From IMG/VR virus record IMGVR_UViG_3300035670_000204, positions 1 to 63,207 of that record: a stretch of 63,207 bases of DNA, one strand, 5' to 3'. Positions 26,981 to 37,676 of the stretch are shown piece by piece; the stretch's first letter is position 1; each line of letters opens with the position of its first letter. The notes below the pieces were generated by a model. The model searched no databases and had not been told where the DNA came from. It was given only the letters and a program-made list of their open reading frames with translations. The stretch comes from a virus. Lineage: Duplodnaviria; Caudoviricetes. The translations under genes and the position numbers were made by a program.

Positions 26981-29889
26981 AGCATAGATACTCCATCAAT
27001 AGTAATTCGATAGTTGGAATAGTACGAAAACGATACTGCCCCGTTACGCTGCTCAGTAAGCCATACGGAGTCAAGTGACGATAGGCGCATAGACTTACCT
27101 TTCTGCATCATAAATGCCCCAAAATAATACGGCCCGCTACAATACTCCCACATATTAGCGTATTCGTGACGAGCCGTACCGTTTCGGTAAGTGGTCATGC
27201 GAACTGCGCTAACTTGCCACCCTTCGTAATAGTCATCTATTGGAGCATACGTAATAGCGAATTCAGGCTGTACGTGGCGCTCCATCCGCTCTGCGAACAT
27301 AGGATAATCTACAAACGGGTCTTCCTCTTCCTTGCGCTGTTTCCTAGCCTTACGTTGGTCTACGGCTAAGTTATATAGCTCTAAGTAAGTTGTATCATAG
27401 GTAAATGACTTATGCGAGCCTAAGATTTCTTCGTAACGGATTTCTAGGTGTACTTTGTCGAGCGTAAATACTGATATATTAGATGCTACAAGGTTAGGGT
27501 GTAAGCAAGGCTCATAGTGGGTCTCATTAAAATTTACATATACTTTATAGAACCCACCATCCCCATCTGCCTTATAGAAGTCCACCATAGGGATTGGGAG
27601 CGGCTTAGTAAAATAAAATATATCATTTCTAAACACAGAATACGACCCTCCTTGGTCAACATATAGAACTTTGTACGGGTCAATGCCTAGGGTACGGGAC
27701 ATATAGAACAGTAAGTAAGATGCACCCCACAGGTTAATGTTTCCCCAGTAGCTACAGTCTGCCCCACTTAAAGTCGCAATAAAACCTACTGGCATCGAAA
27801 AGTATTGTAGCGTGAAGTATGGGTTCTCCCACACCCCGCCATAAGAAAAGTTTTTGCCGTCCCGATAAAAAAATCTAGCTTGGTTAAAATAGGGGTCTGG
27901 TGGGTCTATGTATGCGTCGTCCCAAGATAAACCGGTATCCCAGTTCATCCGTATGTGAGTATCAGGGTGTATATTATTACCTCCGGGGGTCACCTGCACG
28001 ATAGGGCGCAATGGGGACCCGTGCTCCAACTCTAAGTCAGCGAGGGTAAATGGGCTATCTTCCGGTACGTAAGTATCTATATACTCCCCATGCACTATGA
28101 GGTAAATAAAAGGTACCACCATACCTACAACCTGTGGCTCCACTTCAAAACTAGGATATTGGTCAAACAGCCCGGCCCGAGTTGGGACATCATCAGTTCC
28201 AGTCAGCATGAGAATACGCCCGGAAGCCATTAGGGAGGCGGTAGTAGGGTCAAACCAGTCCAATGTGAACCACCCGCGCCCAGTTAGCGCGTTATCAAAT
28301 ATGTTCTTACTTTTCGTGTGGTTGCGCATGGGGCATAGCGCACCCTGCGCAAAGCTATATACTGCGCCCTCAGCGTCTTCCAAATACCGATAATATACAT
28401 CTAAATAGAGTATGATTAGGTCATCCCTGTCGATAGTCTTAGATATGTGCCCTCCGTAGTACCCGGCCCCTAAGACTTGTCGCCCGTTGTTAGTTGGGTC
28501 CTCTATTACATTTATTTTAGTTTCTACATCGAACTGGTGCGGTAACAAGTACGTAGCCCCAGTAATGTTAAATTCTATCTCAATCAGTCCGGTCCTAACC
28601 ATCTTAGGGTTATCGGCGTATCGCTCATGCAGCCCAGCACCATCTTGAATAAGCGTATTAGACTCGTCAAGCATCTGGGTCCTAGCTGCTATATAATTTG
28701 AGACATCTTGCTGCACCTCAGCTATCACGTTCGGGTCGAATGGGTCCTCCCCTATGTGAGCCTTATACGCTAATAGATATTCCTCTAAATCAGGTCGTAC
28801 AGGTGGAAAGTCGTCTACGGCTAATACCACTAATGCGACTTTAGTGCCGGAAGAGTTGAACTCAGCGCGATACTCTACAAAATCAAACAGTATGTCCAAG
28901 TAAGAAAAACCATACGACCCTAACGTATTTGCGTGGGTAGCTGGGTTTCGCTTAACCCACGACGGCCAGTTTATATTTATTTTCTTAACGTGGTCAGGGT
29001 TTATATTCGGGGCGAGTGTCCCGTCTTCAGCCCGGCTACCTTCCACATCTATGCTGTCTAAGGGGCAACAATAAAAGTCAGAACTCGCATCAGTAAAAAT
29101 AACGTACGGTATTTTCTGTGACCCATCCTGTTCTATAGAAACGTCTACGTATTGGATTCCCAAGCCATGCCGGTACCAATCTTGCTGAGCCGCCCGCATC
29201 TTAGTAACTGGAATTGTAGACTTATACTGAATTGTAGGGGGCGCATCCCACATTATATCTCTGGCTACAGCGGACGTTAGGGGAGTAGTAGAAACAGAAT
29301 ACTGCGTTGGATTACCCACAGGCACCCGTAGCGTAGTCGCTGATAGAGAATGGTGAGGGCACCACGCCGTTAGATATGTTACTGGATATCTAACTCTGGA
29401 GAATCCAGTGATTGGAGGGTAGGCCGCACTGCGAAGCTCAGAAACCGCATTGACCTGAAGCGGCGGAATACGACCGTCTATACTGCCAAGCTGCACTTTA
29501 TCAACGTCATCCGGCCCTACAAGGTGGGAGTATTTTCGCCCCTCTACGATGTCACACTCTAACGAAACCGACCCCCCTACCGCATTCATAATTACTCGAA
29601 CAAAATAGGCTTCCATAGACTCCATGGTCAACCCCTGCGCATCTATAATGCTGGACGTTACAGGGTCGCCGGAAATCCAAAACTGGTATTTGAGCTGGTC
29701 CTTTGGAATCAGCTCGATGACGTTCTGAGTGTTCGGCAGGCGAGTAATCCGAACGATACCCACGTCAAAAATCAACGTACGTGAGAACCATTTCTCCCCT
29801 GACCGGAGCCAGGCCGCCAATCGGTTGCGGGCCACGGCAATCAAGGGGGCCAGGCCCACGTCCCACATACGTAGAAAGGTATTTTTCAT
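26977..29889 (-). CDS. Large tail-associated protein (970 aa)
   Basis: Long ORF in the tail region, AT-richer DNA; no family recognised. Confidence 0.8.
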   Translation of the reverse strand: MKNTFLRMWDVGLAPLIAVARNRLAAWLRSGEKWFSRTLIFDVGIVRITRLPNTQNVIELIPKDQLKYQFWISGDPVTSSIIDAQGLTMESMEAYFVRVIMNAVGGSVSLECDIVEGRKYSHLVGPDDVDKVQLGSIDGRIPPLQVNAVSELRSAAYPPITGFSRVRYPVTYLTAWCPHHSLSATTLRVPVGNPTQYSVSTTPLTSAVARDIMWDAPPTIQYKSTIPVTKMRAAQQDWYRHGLGIQYVDVSIEQDGSQKIPYVIFTDASSDFYCCPLDSIDVEGSRAEDGTLAPNINPDHVKKININWPSWVKRNPATHANTLGSYGFSYLDILFDFVEYRAEFNSSGTKVALVVLAVDDFPPVRPDLEEYLLAYKAHIGEDPFDPNVIAEVQQDVSNYIAARTQMLDESNTLIQDGAGLHERYADNPKMVRTGLIEIEFNITGATYLLPHQFDVETKINVIEDPTNNGRQVLGAGYYGGHISKTIDRDDLIILYLDVYYRYLEDAEGAVYSFAQGALCPMRNHTKSKNIFDNALTGRGWFTLDWFDPTTASLMASGRILMLTGTDDVPTRAGLFDQYPSFEVEPQVVGMVVPFIYLIVHGEYIDTYVPEDSPFTLADLELEHGSPLRPIVQVTPGGNNIHPDTHIRMNWDTGLSWDDAYIDPPDPYFNQARFFYRDGKNFSYGGVWENPYFTLQYFSMPVGFIATLSGADCSYWGNINLWGASYLLFYMSRTLGIDPYKVLYVDQGGSYSVFRNDIFYFTKPLPIPMVDFYKADGDGGFYKVYVNFNETHYEPCLHPNLVASNISVFTLDKVHLEIRYEEILGSHKSFTYDTTYLELYNLAVDQRKARKQRKEEEDPFVDYPMFAERMERHVQPEFAITYAPIDDYYEGWQVSAVRMTTYRNGTARHEYANMWEYCSGPYYFGAFMMQKGKSMRLSSLDSVWLTEQRNGAVSFSYYSNYRITIDGVSML

Positions 29890-31988
29890 GGGGTGTACGC
29901 TATAAAGACATCCTGGTCTGGAGTATGAACGATATCCCCAGGGTCCTCCACATCTGCACCAGCCGCCCGAGCCGTGGCCAGGTCTCCGGTCAACTGTGCG
30001 TTTTGGCTCGCAAGGCCGTCCAGGGTTATGTCTCGATGCACGGCACAGCTCGCCATTACACGCCCAAAGGCGGTACCCCGTGGGTCCTTATCCACAGCGA
30101 GATGCGCGGCTACGGCTGCGCCTGCCTCAATAGCGCCTTGAAGGTGTCGCCCCACCGCACACTGCCCGGCAGCCCCCGCAACCGCCTCCAGAACCCCGCT
30201 GAGGCGCGTATCGAGCGTGAGACGTAGCATGGACCTAGCATCGTCCGAGAGACGCCCAGAGAGGCCCAGGATACGGGTTACGGTACAGGCAGCAGTAACG
30301 TCCCCACTGTCGAGCACGGGGGTCAGGTTCGTACCAACCGTGAGGGTACCTGTAGCCGAAGCCTCCCCCAGGGCTTGCCCAGACAGAACCCATGCGAACG
30401 CCAGCGCCACCGTGGCATGGGCCTCCCCCAGGGCTTGCCCGGTCAACTGCGCATACTGAAGGTGCAGAGTCGCCTTAGCGTCCCCATACGTGCTCCCAGT
30501 CAGCTCGTGGGTATTGGCGATATGGAGCGCCAAGTACACGGCCAGGGCCGACGCAGAACAGCTCCCAGACAAGAACTGGGGCTCCCGAATAAACAGGCTG
30601 GCCGATGCCGCCGACTCAACAGTCAGCGCCCCCGAGATAATCAAGGATTGAACGTATAGGTCAACAACCCCAAAGGCATTCGACTCCAGCAGTCCATCCA
30701 GCCACGTATGGAGCGCATCCAGGGTCAGGTCAGCAGTGGCCTCCGCGCCCAGCACCGCATCCATCTCGACGGGGAGCCCTGCGGTCAAGTTCAGGTCTGC
30801 GCTGCACTCGGCAGTTACGGTCGCATCCAGATAGACATAGACAATGCTGGTCGGGACGTACAGGTCTAAGCTCGCCTGAGAGTCCGCTTCAGCGGTCGCG
30901 CTGAGTACAGTAGCATAGGGTATGTTGAGCGTATGTCCTGGGTATTCGAACCAGGTGTTCGGGCCAAACACGACGGCTACGTCAGCGTTCGCAGCACCGC
31001 CGCCGCTAGTCGCAGTGGTCTGCTTAATCATAAGCTCGACCCCAAAATACCGCGTAGAAGTATCGAGCGTATAATTCTCAAGGCGTTTATTGATTATAGT
31101 CCCAGTTAATACAAGCCCAGCGGTAGTTGTAACTAAACCTGAAGTAGATAATCCCCCATAGCTATATGTATCATAGTATTCATTTAGCGAGTATGTACTA
31201 GACGCGGTACGAACTGACCGCCGGTATGGGTCTTGAAACGCGGACACTTGGCCAGCAACGGTATTAGGGTCATCAGTCATATAGGTTATCATGTAGGCCG
31301 CTACCGTACCGGCGTTTCGGTCTACAGATTGAAGCTCTATGCTAAACGGCCAGGCTTGGTTTTCTTCGATTACATCTGACAACGAAGCCGGAGCTACCCA
31401 ACACACCTGTGGGGCGTAAGCACTATTACCGTCAAATGCGGCTATATTCAAACCAGCCGTTACGAACATTGGTGGCTCATTTTGAATGGTGGGGTCTCCA
31501 AAAACAAACCACCCAAGCTCCTTAGCTAAAGTAATATCAAACGTATCCCCTCGGGTTCGGGTAGGGGCTGTGGTACTCAAATCATAAATATGCGGTGGGT
31601 CACCTGGGTCTGTGCGCAGGTTAGCCCGATGGTTGTCTTGGGTAAGATATAGGCGCTGGGGAGCTAAGGTCTGCTGGATTCGTATAGCACATCTAGTAGC
31701 GGAACTCTCGCAGCTACAGCTACCCGATAGCATAGCTATACCATCATGGAGCGTCGATACGGTCGCAGTGCTGTTTCCAGAGGCCGACGCAGTCAAGTTA
31801 TACGCCATGGCCAAGGTCATAATCGCGTACGAATCGCACCCAGTCCCGATGCGGCTCCGTAGCTGCTTAGCTCCGGTAACCCCTGTGGCCAGTAAAGGGG
31901 CCGCCTGGCATATAAGGTGGTCTTCGAACCAAACCCTATCCGCTGGTAAACGAACTATCCCACCCGCAGAAAAAGGAATCTCGGCCAT
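29886..31988 (-). CDS. Tail fibre/structural protein with LxG..A.A repeats (700 aa)
   Basis: Repetitive C-terminal half; exact 20-bp repeat at 30361..30380 and 30421..30440. Confidence 0.75.
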   Translation of the reverse strand: MAEIPFSAGGIVRLPADRVWFEDHLICQAAPLLATGVTGAKQLRSRIGTGCDSYAIMTLAMAYNLTASASGNSTATVSTLHDGIAMLSGSCSCESSATRCAIRIQQTLAPQRLYLTQDNHRANLRTDPGDPPHIYDLSTTAPTRTRGDTFDITLAKELGWFVFGDPTIQNEPPMFVTAGLNIAAFDGNSAYAPQVCWVAPASLSDVIEENQAWPFSIELQSVDRNAGTVAAYMITYMTDDPNTVAGQVSAFQDPYRRSVRTASSTYSLNEYYDTYSYGGLSTSGLVTTTAGLVLTGTIINKRLENYTLDTSTRYFGVELMIKQTTATSGGGAANADVAVVFGPNTWFEYPGHTLNIPYATVLSATAEADSQASLDLYVPTSIVYVYLDATVTAECSADLNLTAGLPVEMDAVLGAEATADLTLDALHTWLDGLLESNAFGVVDLYVQSLIISGALTVESAASASLFIREPQFLSGSCSASALAVYLALHIANTHELTGSTYGDAKATLHLQYAQLTGQALGEAHATVALAFAWVLSGQALGEASATGTLTVGTNLTPVLDSGDVTAACTVTRILGLSGRLSDDARSMLRLTLDTRLSGVLEAVAGAAGQCAVGRHLQGAIEAGAAVAAHLAVDKDPRGTAFGRVMASCAVHRDITLDGLASQNAQLTGDLATARAAGADVEDPGDIVHTPDQDVFIAYTP

Positions 31989-33346
31989 TAGGCTATACTT
32001 ATATCAGGACAAAAATAGAGAGGCGTAGTAGAAAGATATTCGCCAGCGAGAACAGGTCTGGCAAAAACGATTCCTTCTCGCCCTATGCTTATGGTCAACG
32101 TAAGTTTGAATGCCTGCCCGGTCTGGAAGGGGTGAACCCAAGTCGCGGACGTAGCTGAAAGCGCAGTGCCGACAGCCTTCGGTAGACAAGAATTGGGGTG
32201 CATAGAAGTAGTATAGGATATAGCCGTAGCGCTGGAATAATATAAAACCTCAATCCAGGCATCCAGGTTAGTAAGTGGCCTAGGGTTCTCCGTAAAACAT
32301 TCTATCGTTATCGTCCTATTTCCCGTAAGCGTGTTATACAACGCAATACTTTTCTGGTATAGCTCCGCAGGGGCCGCAGGGGAGCATGACGTACTAAGGA
32401 TTGCCATGCTGGTAGGAATCCCATTTATAGTAGCCCCTCCTACACGGTATACATCCTGATTTGCCTCTAAGCGGCAACGCCGCCCTTGCCAGTTGTACTG
32501 CTCAAACTTAGAATCTCCATGCGTATACCCTCCAGTGTAGGGCATGTAATTTGTAAGAGTTATATCTGATATCTCTGGCTGGTCTGCCTGCTGATTATAG
32601 AGCGTCGGTAAATAGTAACTTGAGTCTACAGTATCCCGGTCGGCATAAAGCCCAACCGTCTCTCCTGGGCCAACTACATTGACGAAGGCACCGTAGACAA
32701 TAAGCGTTGTACCCAAATCAGTAGGGGCGTCGTAAACGCTATACAGTGCGCGAGGGGCTGGGTCACTAGAGCTAGTTGCGTACTCTAATAAATTTCCAAC
32801 CCCAGTAGAGCGAGATACAAGCGTCCGCGAAACAAACTTAGACGCGCCGTTCCCAGGGTAGACCATAGGAAGCGTAAGAGTAAAAGTGCCTGACCTACGA
32901 TGACGCGCCATCGGATTAAGGTATATGGGTTTCCCGTCAGGTACCATTAGTGTATACGTGTGGCTTGGCAGCGTCCCCAACAGCATATTAGAGGGAATCG
33001 CTACAGCATCAATGAGCAGGTGTGAAATGTTGGGAGCGACTACATATACATTCGTCTGCGTTGTCACATACGGCAGTGCAGTATCCCAGCTCGTAGGGGC
33101 AAACAGCTCCCACTGTGAGTCTCCCACCACAACGATATCGCCAACCTTACCGGGAGCCCCAGCGTTCATTGAGACACCGACCCCCGAAACAACGCACTGC
33201 GCGGTTAAGAGTGTATACGTTGGGTCGTCGCTGGACCAGAATATGCGTCTATCCCCGACACTAAACAGTGTTGCGCCAAATAGGGCGCCGGTTCCTGCAG
33301 TCTCCGCAGTTCCGTGCTGGCTGACGTATATGTATATAAGGCTCAT
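31988..33346 (-). CDS. Tail/receptor-binding-like protein (452 aa)
   Basis: Ser/Thr/Tyr-rich, ends LYFCPDISIA. Confidence 0.75.
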   Translation of the reverse strand: MSLIYIYVSQHGTAETAGTGALFGATLFSVGDRRIFWSSDDPTYTLLTAQCVVSGVGVSMNAGAPGKVGDIVVVGDSQWELFAPTSWDTALPYVTTQTNVYVVAPNISHLLIDAVAIPSNMLLGTLPSHTYTLMVPDGKPIYLNPMARHRRSGTFTLTLPMVYPGNGASKFVSRTLVSRSTGVGNLLEYATSSSDPAPRALYSVYDAPTDLGTTLIVYGAFVNVVGPGETVGLYADRDTVDSSYYLPTLYNQQADQPEISDITLTNYMPYTGGYTHGDSKFEQYNWQGRRCRLEANQDVYRVGGATINGIPTSMAILSTSCSPAAPAELYQKSIALYNTLTGNRTITIECFTENPRPLTNLDAWIEVLYYSSATAISYTTSMHPNSCLPKAVGTALSATSATWVHPFQTGQAFKLTLTISIGREGIVFARPVLAGEYLSTTPLYFCPDISIA

Positions 33347-33348
33347 GT

Positions 33349-34041
33349 TTACGTCGCCGCAATCACGTCAATCTTGGGGCATACATACACAGTCGTAAAC
33401 CCTGGGGTCAAATTATGAAAGTTTGCTGTCCAGGGGCATATAGCCGGATTTAGCCTAACCCCAATCATTCCGGGGCGGCGCGGGTTGACCAGAAGTCGAA
33501 TGTAGTGTGCCGTATACCCACCAGGATTACCTGTCCAGCCAGACCCGGCAGGTAGCGCATCTGGAGTACCGGAATTAGACCACCCTAAGTACCGCTGACT
33601 CCCGGATATGGCCACGTCAGAACGATACGACACTGAGTCGGACAAGTACGCAGCCGTAGTAATGTAATCGTCCTCGGTCAAGGATATCGCACTTAAAATA
33701 TGAATCCGTAACTCAAGGCCATATTCTACATTTTCATTCCAGAGAGACCAATCTATATGGTTACTAGAATACCCATAAGAACAAGGAGCATTAGCAGATA
33801 AGCTAAATAGCCCAACTTGGTCCCGCCCGATACGATATATAGTGCGGCTGCGGTACGTAGCAAAAGCAGTTGTGCCAGAAAACCCTTCTAACTTAGAGTC
33901 CGATGGAACAGTAGACCCTGTGGGGAGCGCTACGCCGCGATATAAAGGTCCAAAAGTACCTGAAGTAACGTTAGAGTATGCAGTAGCTATAGTCGTTATA
34001 GCTTGAGGTACCGCAGTCGCATTTAGGCCAATAATTTTCAT
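33349..34041 (-). CDS. Tail protein, possibly the C-terminal half of a split gene
   Basis: Ends VYVCPKIDV, like 31988..33346; no SD before the ATG. Confidence 0.65.
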   Translation of the reverse strand: MKIIGLNATAVPQAITTIATAYSNVTSGTFGPLYRGVALPTGSTVPSDSKLEGFSGTTAFATYRSRTIYRIGRDQVGLFSLSANAPCSYGYSSNHIDWSLWNENVEYGLELRIHILSAISLTEDDYITTAAYLSDSVSYRSDVAISGSQRYLGWSNSGTPDALPAGSGWTGNPGGYTAHYIRLLVNPRRPGMIGVRLNPAICPWTANFHNLTPGFTTVYVCPKIDVIAAT

Positions 34042-34043
34042 AA

Positions 34044-35048
34044 TTAACGATAGCAGTATAAAGGCATACCTGAGCCGGACGTATTCACTATTCTAAACCC
34101 TTCTACGTCAATCGTGGTACTGGTACTTGCGCTAGAGAAAAACCCATTGGTAACCCCACCGGATACGATAGCGTCTATTGTACAGTTCTTAAACACCCCA
34201 CCAGCCAAATGCACCCCGGCCGCGTTGTAATACGCTGTACCATTATACGACCGGACGCTTGTGCCTCTAAACGTACAATCTACAAACGTAGACCCAGACA
34301 GCCATATAAAGTAGGACGGGTGCTCATAAGTAATACCTCTATGTCGCCGTGAAGTGTGAAAATATCCCCCTGGAATATCACTCCCTAGGATACTAGAGTA
34401 GTACACCGCTGAAGACATAAGCAGCGTAGGAGAGTACGTAGGGGTAGAGCTTTCAGTTGCGCTAACTATGCTGAGACCAGGAATGTAAGTCGTAGATACC
34501 TCACTGGTACTTCCACTCGGCCAGTCGTACATGGGCGCCGAAAATGAAATGCTCGCTGTGACATCAGGCTCCGCCGCAGCAACTATATAGATAGGCCGCC
34601 CATTGTACGAAGTATCATCAAACTGACTCCTGTACTCATACGACCCAACCTCCATTACAGGTAGATGCACCATATACATCTTAGAATGCGCCATAGCCCA
34701 CGACAGTGGGAGTCTCGCCCTAAAAACAGCAGTACCATGTGTAACCCGTTCCCCGAGCCTCATAGAGCTAGAAGTCAGCCGATAGCTCGAAGTATTAGTG
34801 GTCCCAGCAGTGATACATTCGAACAAAAACGAACTAGAATCCGAGGTCGTATTTGTATAGAACACGTCTCCTACCGAAACGGGTACGCTATAACTAAACG
34901 TCGAACGGTTCAAAGAGCCCTTAAAATACCGATAGTCGCTCGGCCATAGTTTCATACCCGCTGTAGTGTCGGACTGCGCGGCAGGGTTAAAAATGTCGGT
35001 GTAACTAAACGCTACATTGGCAGATGCAATCGCCTTTATCGCCATCAC
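34044..35048 (-). CDS. Tail protein, possibly the N-terminal half of a split gene
   Basis: FECITAGTT...VTHGTAVF...PLSW resembles the N-terminus of 31988..33346. Confidence 0.7.
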   Translation of the reverse strand: MMAIKAIASANVAFSYTDIFNPAAQSDTTAGMKLWPSDYRYFKGSLNRSTFSYSVPVSVGDVFYTNTTSDSSSFLFECITAGTTNTSSYRLTSSSMRLGERVTHGTAVFRARLPLSWAMAHSKMYMVHLPVMEVGSYEYRSQFDDTSYNGRPIYIVAAAEPDVTASISFSAPMYDWPSGSTSEVSTTYIPGLSIVSATESSTPTYSPTLLMSSAVYYSSILGSDIPGGYFHTSRRHRGITYEHPSYFIWLSGSTFVDCTFRGTSVRSYNGTAYYNAAGVHLAGGVFKNCTIDAIVSGGVTNGFFSSASTSTTIDVEGFRIVNTSGSGMPLYCYR

Positions 35049-35992
35049 CCTATCCTAAACTCAAGCTCACCAGGGGCAAACTGCAACTCATCCCCGGCCA
35101 CATACGCGGTAGCCGCCCGAAGTTTCATCCAAAAAATAAGGCTCGAATCCGCACCGTCCACAGCATCTTTGAAGACCCCCACCATAGACGCTGTCCCAGA
35201 CCCGGTAGCTGGCGAGAACGTCAGGGTATTGATATTGGTAATCTTACGCTTGTATGTACTCGTGCTGTACTGAGCCGGGGCATTCCACTCGGAAGTGGAC
35301 CGCGCCACAGCGAGACGGGGGACATTGGTAAGCTCAGAGAACGCCGTAGTGCTGGACCCCACAGCAAGATATACGTTCGGATTTGAGGCGGTAGGCCATA
35401 GCGCTTCGAACGCATAGCCACGCCACAGCCAGTCTAACAGAATACCCCATACGGCTCGGCTGGTGACCGTGTCGAAGTTAGACCCATAGTACGCCTTGAT
35501 AAACATTGCCGCACGGGTATATGAGGTAGGTAAAGGGTTATCATATCGCACAGACCGCAATGTAATAACGTCACCGGGGGAAAGGTACGCAATCGCAGTA
35601 GACCCATTAGCGACCTGCCAAAATAAGACATTGCCCCCGGTTGCGCTACTGTGAATCGACACACCAACGTTCCCTACCGAACTATTTTCCATGCTAGTGC
35701 CAACGATACTAAACTCTAAAGTCTCGTTTAATATCCCGCGCATGTGCGTAGACCCAGCGCTGTTTGACATTCCAAAATTGTCGTATCCCATCGCCCCAGA
35801 TATAGACCAGTTCGCCAAAGTCAAAGGGGCTCTAGCCGCTATATCCGTACGCTCTACCGAATCAGACGTTGTGTCATAGCCCACGTTGGTCATAGTGCCG
35901 AGAGAAACATATACGGTGGTCTGCGGTGTCCCTATTTGGCCTCGGAACACCGCATTGAGAACTAAATCACCGTACGTCGCACCAAGTGGCAT
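35045..35992 (-). CDS. Tail protein with two copies of the domain in 35995..36432
   Basis: FRG...TVYVSL and WRG...VYLAV...ITN...LTF...GVFKDA...G..L.F..GEL. Confidence 0.75.
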   Translation of the reverse strand: MPLGATYGDLVLNAVFRGQIGTPQTTVYVSLGTMTNVGYDTTSDSVERTDIAARAPLTLANWSISGAMGYDNFGMSNSAGSTHMRGILNETLEFSIVGTSMENSSVGNVGVSIHSSATGGNVLFWQVANGSTAIAYLSPGDVITLRSVRYDNPLPTSYTRAAMFIKAYYGSNFDTVTSRAVWGILLDWLWRGYAFEALWPTASNPNVYLAVGSSTTAFSELTNVPRLAVARSTSEWNAPAQYSTSTYKRKITNINTLTFSPATGSGTASMVGVFKDAVDGADSSLIFWMKLRAATAYVAGDELQFAPGELEFRIG

Positions 35993-35994
35993 CG

Positions 35995-36432
35995 CTAATT
36001 ATCAATCTGGATTTGAAGCTGGCCAGTCTGGATACTTACAGAGTCACTAGCGAATATCGTCTTTGACGACGACAGCGCTCCCCAGAACAGCCGATTGCCG
36101 CTTGTCAGCGCATCCCATACCCCAAAGTGAGTAATGGTCCCCCAGTTACCAGTCGGGGTCGAGAAGGTAATCACCGCGTTGTTTGAGGTCGTACCAGACG
36201 TGCCTGACGATGCAGTAGTAGACCCCGCCGATTGGGTACCCGCCCAGTTGACGAGAGAGGCCGCCAGAGACGCCCTGGCATACCCATTACCAGATACCTC
36301 CGTGCCGGTACTCGAATCCGTAGGGGTGGACGTGTGCAGGCTGATATAGATGGTCGTAGGGGCTGTAAGAGACTGCCCACGGAACAGGAAATCAATCAGC
36401 TTGTTTTCCAGATAGTCGGTCATTGCCGCCAT
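35995..36432 (-). CDS. Phage tail fibre-associated protein
   Basis: MTDYLENKLID, EVSGNGYAR, WGTITHFGVWDALTSGN; GAGGT RBS before ATG 36432. Confidence 0.85.
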   Translation of the reverse strand: MAAMTDYLENKLIDFLFRGQSLTAPTTIYISLHTSTPTDSSTGTEVSGNGYARASLAASLVNWAGTQSAGSTTASSGTSGTTSNNAVITFSTPTGNWGTITHFGVWDALTSGNRLFWGALSSSKTIFASDSVSIQTGQLQIQIDN

Positions 36433-36793
36433 TATTGTTACCTCGATAGTACGTGTAGTAGAAATCGCAATCCGTGAGCCGATACAACAACAGCCCTCCG
36501 ATATACGTTGCAAATAGCGTCCAAGCTGCCTCGGTCAAAACCAAAGCGTGGTCGTGTTCGGGGTGTGCGTAGTGGTGCCCATACGTGACCCAATACCCTT
36601 CCATGGCCATTACCCAGATACCAGCAACCAAGCTGCCAACCGCAGCCTTTTTATCTGACGTTCGTCGGCTATACGTAGACCGCACCAAACATTGGACGCT
36701 GGCGAACGCGACAGCCCCCCACATCGTAAAGACCCCAATGTACATCACCATTGGAGCAAATAGGCTCAGCGTACCAATCATTGTTTCGGCCAT
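36392..36793 (-). CDS. Membrane protein (3 hydrophobic segments)
   Basis: Hydrophobic stretches; GGAG upstream. Confidence 0.6.
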   Translation of the reverse strand: MAETMIGTLSLFAPMVMYIGVFTMWGAVAFASVQCLVRSTYSRRTSDKKAAVGSLVAGIWVMAMEGYWVTYGHHYAHPEHDHALVLTEAAWTLFATYIGGLLLYRLTDCDFYYTYYRGNNNGGNDRLSGKQAD

Positions 36794-37299
36794 ATCCGCT
36801 CCAGTAATGGCATTAGCCCGGATAGTGAAGTCCCAAGAAATACCAGGCCGCCACCCAGCCAGCCAACCGTCCGCATCCGAGCACGGGCCGTAGAAATTGC
36901 GTCGTGGTCAGCGGCAGTCGCTCGCAAATGCTCTTCGACTTTGCTCCGGCAGTGCTCCACATCTTGAAGGCGGGAATCTATACGTTTCAACTCCCCGATG
37001 AGTGAAGTCACGTCGGCATCGACGCGATACAGCTTGTTTGCGACATCAAGGAGACGGTCTACCTGCTGGTCAAGGTCCCGTAGCTGAGTCTCAACCGCCT
37101 GCGTACGCTGCTCGTAAATCTTGTCGCGCTGAATATCCCGCTGGTCTGCAAACGTATTACGAACCCGCCCCTCGTCCGCAAGCGAGTCAACACGCCGTAT
37201 CAAGTCAGCGAGCGCACTTTTTAAGTCCGCCTCAACATGTATAGTCACAGCATCAGGACCGCTTAGTAGGCAAAATATAGGGCCTATGGACCCGAGCAT
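36778..37299 (-). CDS. Coiled-coil protein with C-terminal TM segment
   Basis: Heptad pattern plus VGWLGGGLVFLG; start uncertain. Confidence 0.7.
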   Translation of the reverse strand: MLGSIGPIFCLLSGPDAVTIHVEADLKSALADLIRRVDSLADEGRVRNTFADQRDIQRDKIYEQRTQAVETQLRDLDQQVDRLLDVANKLYRVDADVTSLIGELKRIDSRLQDVEHCRSKVEEHLRATAADHDAISTARARMRTVGWLGGGLVFLGTSLSGLMPLLERIWPKQ

Positions 37300-37424
37300 T
37301 CCAAGTCCGCTGTACCCGAAGCAGTACAGAATCCACGAAGGCTAAATGCGCTCGATAGTCTACGCGCTGTGCCCGCTGGTGCGGCGCTGGTTTAGCATCC
37401 ACGAAGGCCCCCCTGGGTATCCGA

Positions 37425-37676
37425 CTATTTATTCTGAATCTTCGCCACCAACAATTCTAGCGCAGCACGAACCAAAGCGGACCCTGCCGCCTCAAGTGCA
37501 GGAGCCAAATCGGTATATACGTTGTACAAAGAGTCCAGAACCAAATGCCGCCGCTCAGACCCGCTCAAAGGGGAGGTCGCCGCATTGAGCACCAAGGCCG
37601 CCAGGGTTTCGACGACGCGCTTGTCAATGAGCTGGCGAAGGATAGCCAGGGCTGCCGAAATCAATATACTTCGCAT
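37425..37676 (-). CDS. Lysis-cassette hypothetical protein (83 aa)
   Basis: Amphipathic ORF with GGAG RBS. Confidence 0.7.
   Translation of the reverse strand: MRSILISAALAILRQLIDKRVVETLAALVLNAATSPLSGSERRHLVLDSLYNVYTDLAPALEAAGSALVRAALELLVAKIQNK

Noticed and set aside
26977-35992. Diversity-generating retroelement or invertible tail cassette
   Set aside because: No reverse transcriptase or invertase, and I noticed no TR/VR pair or flanking inverted repeats.
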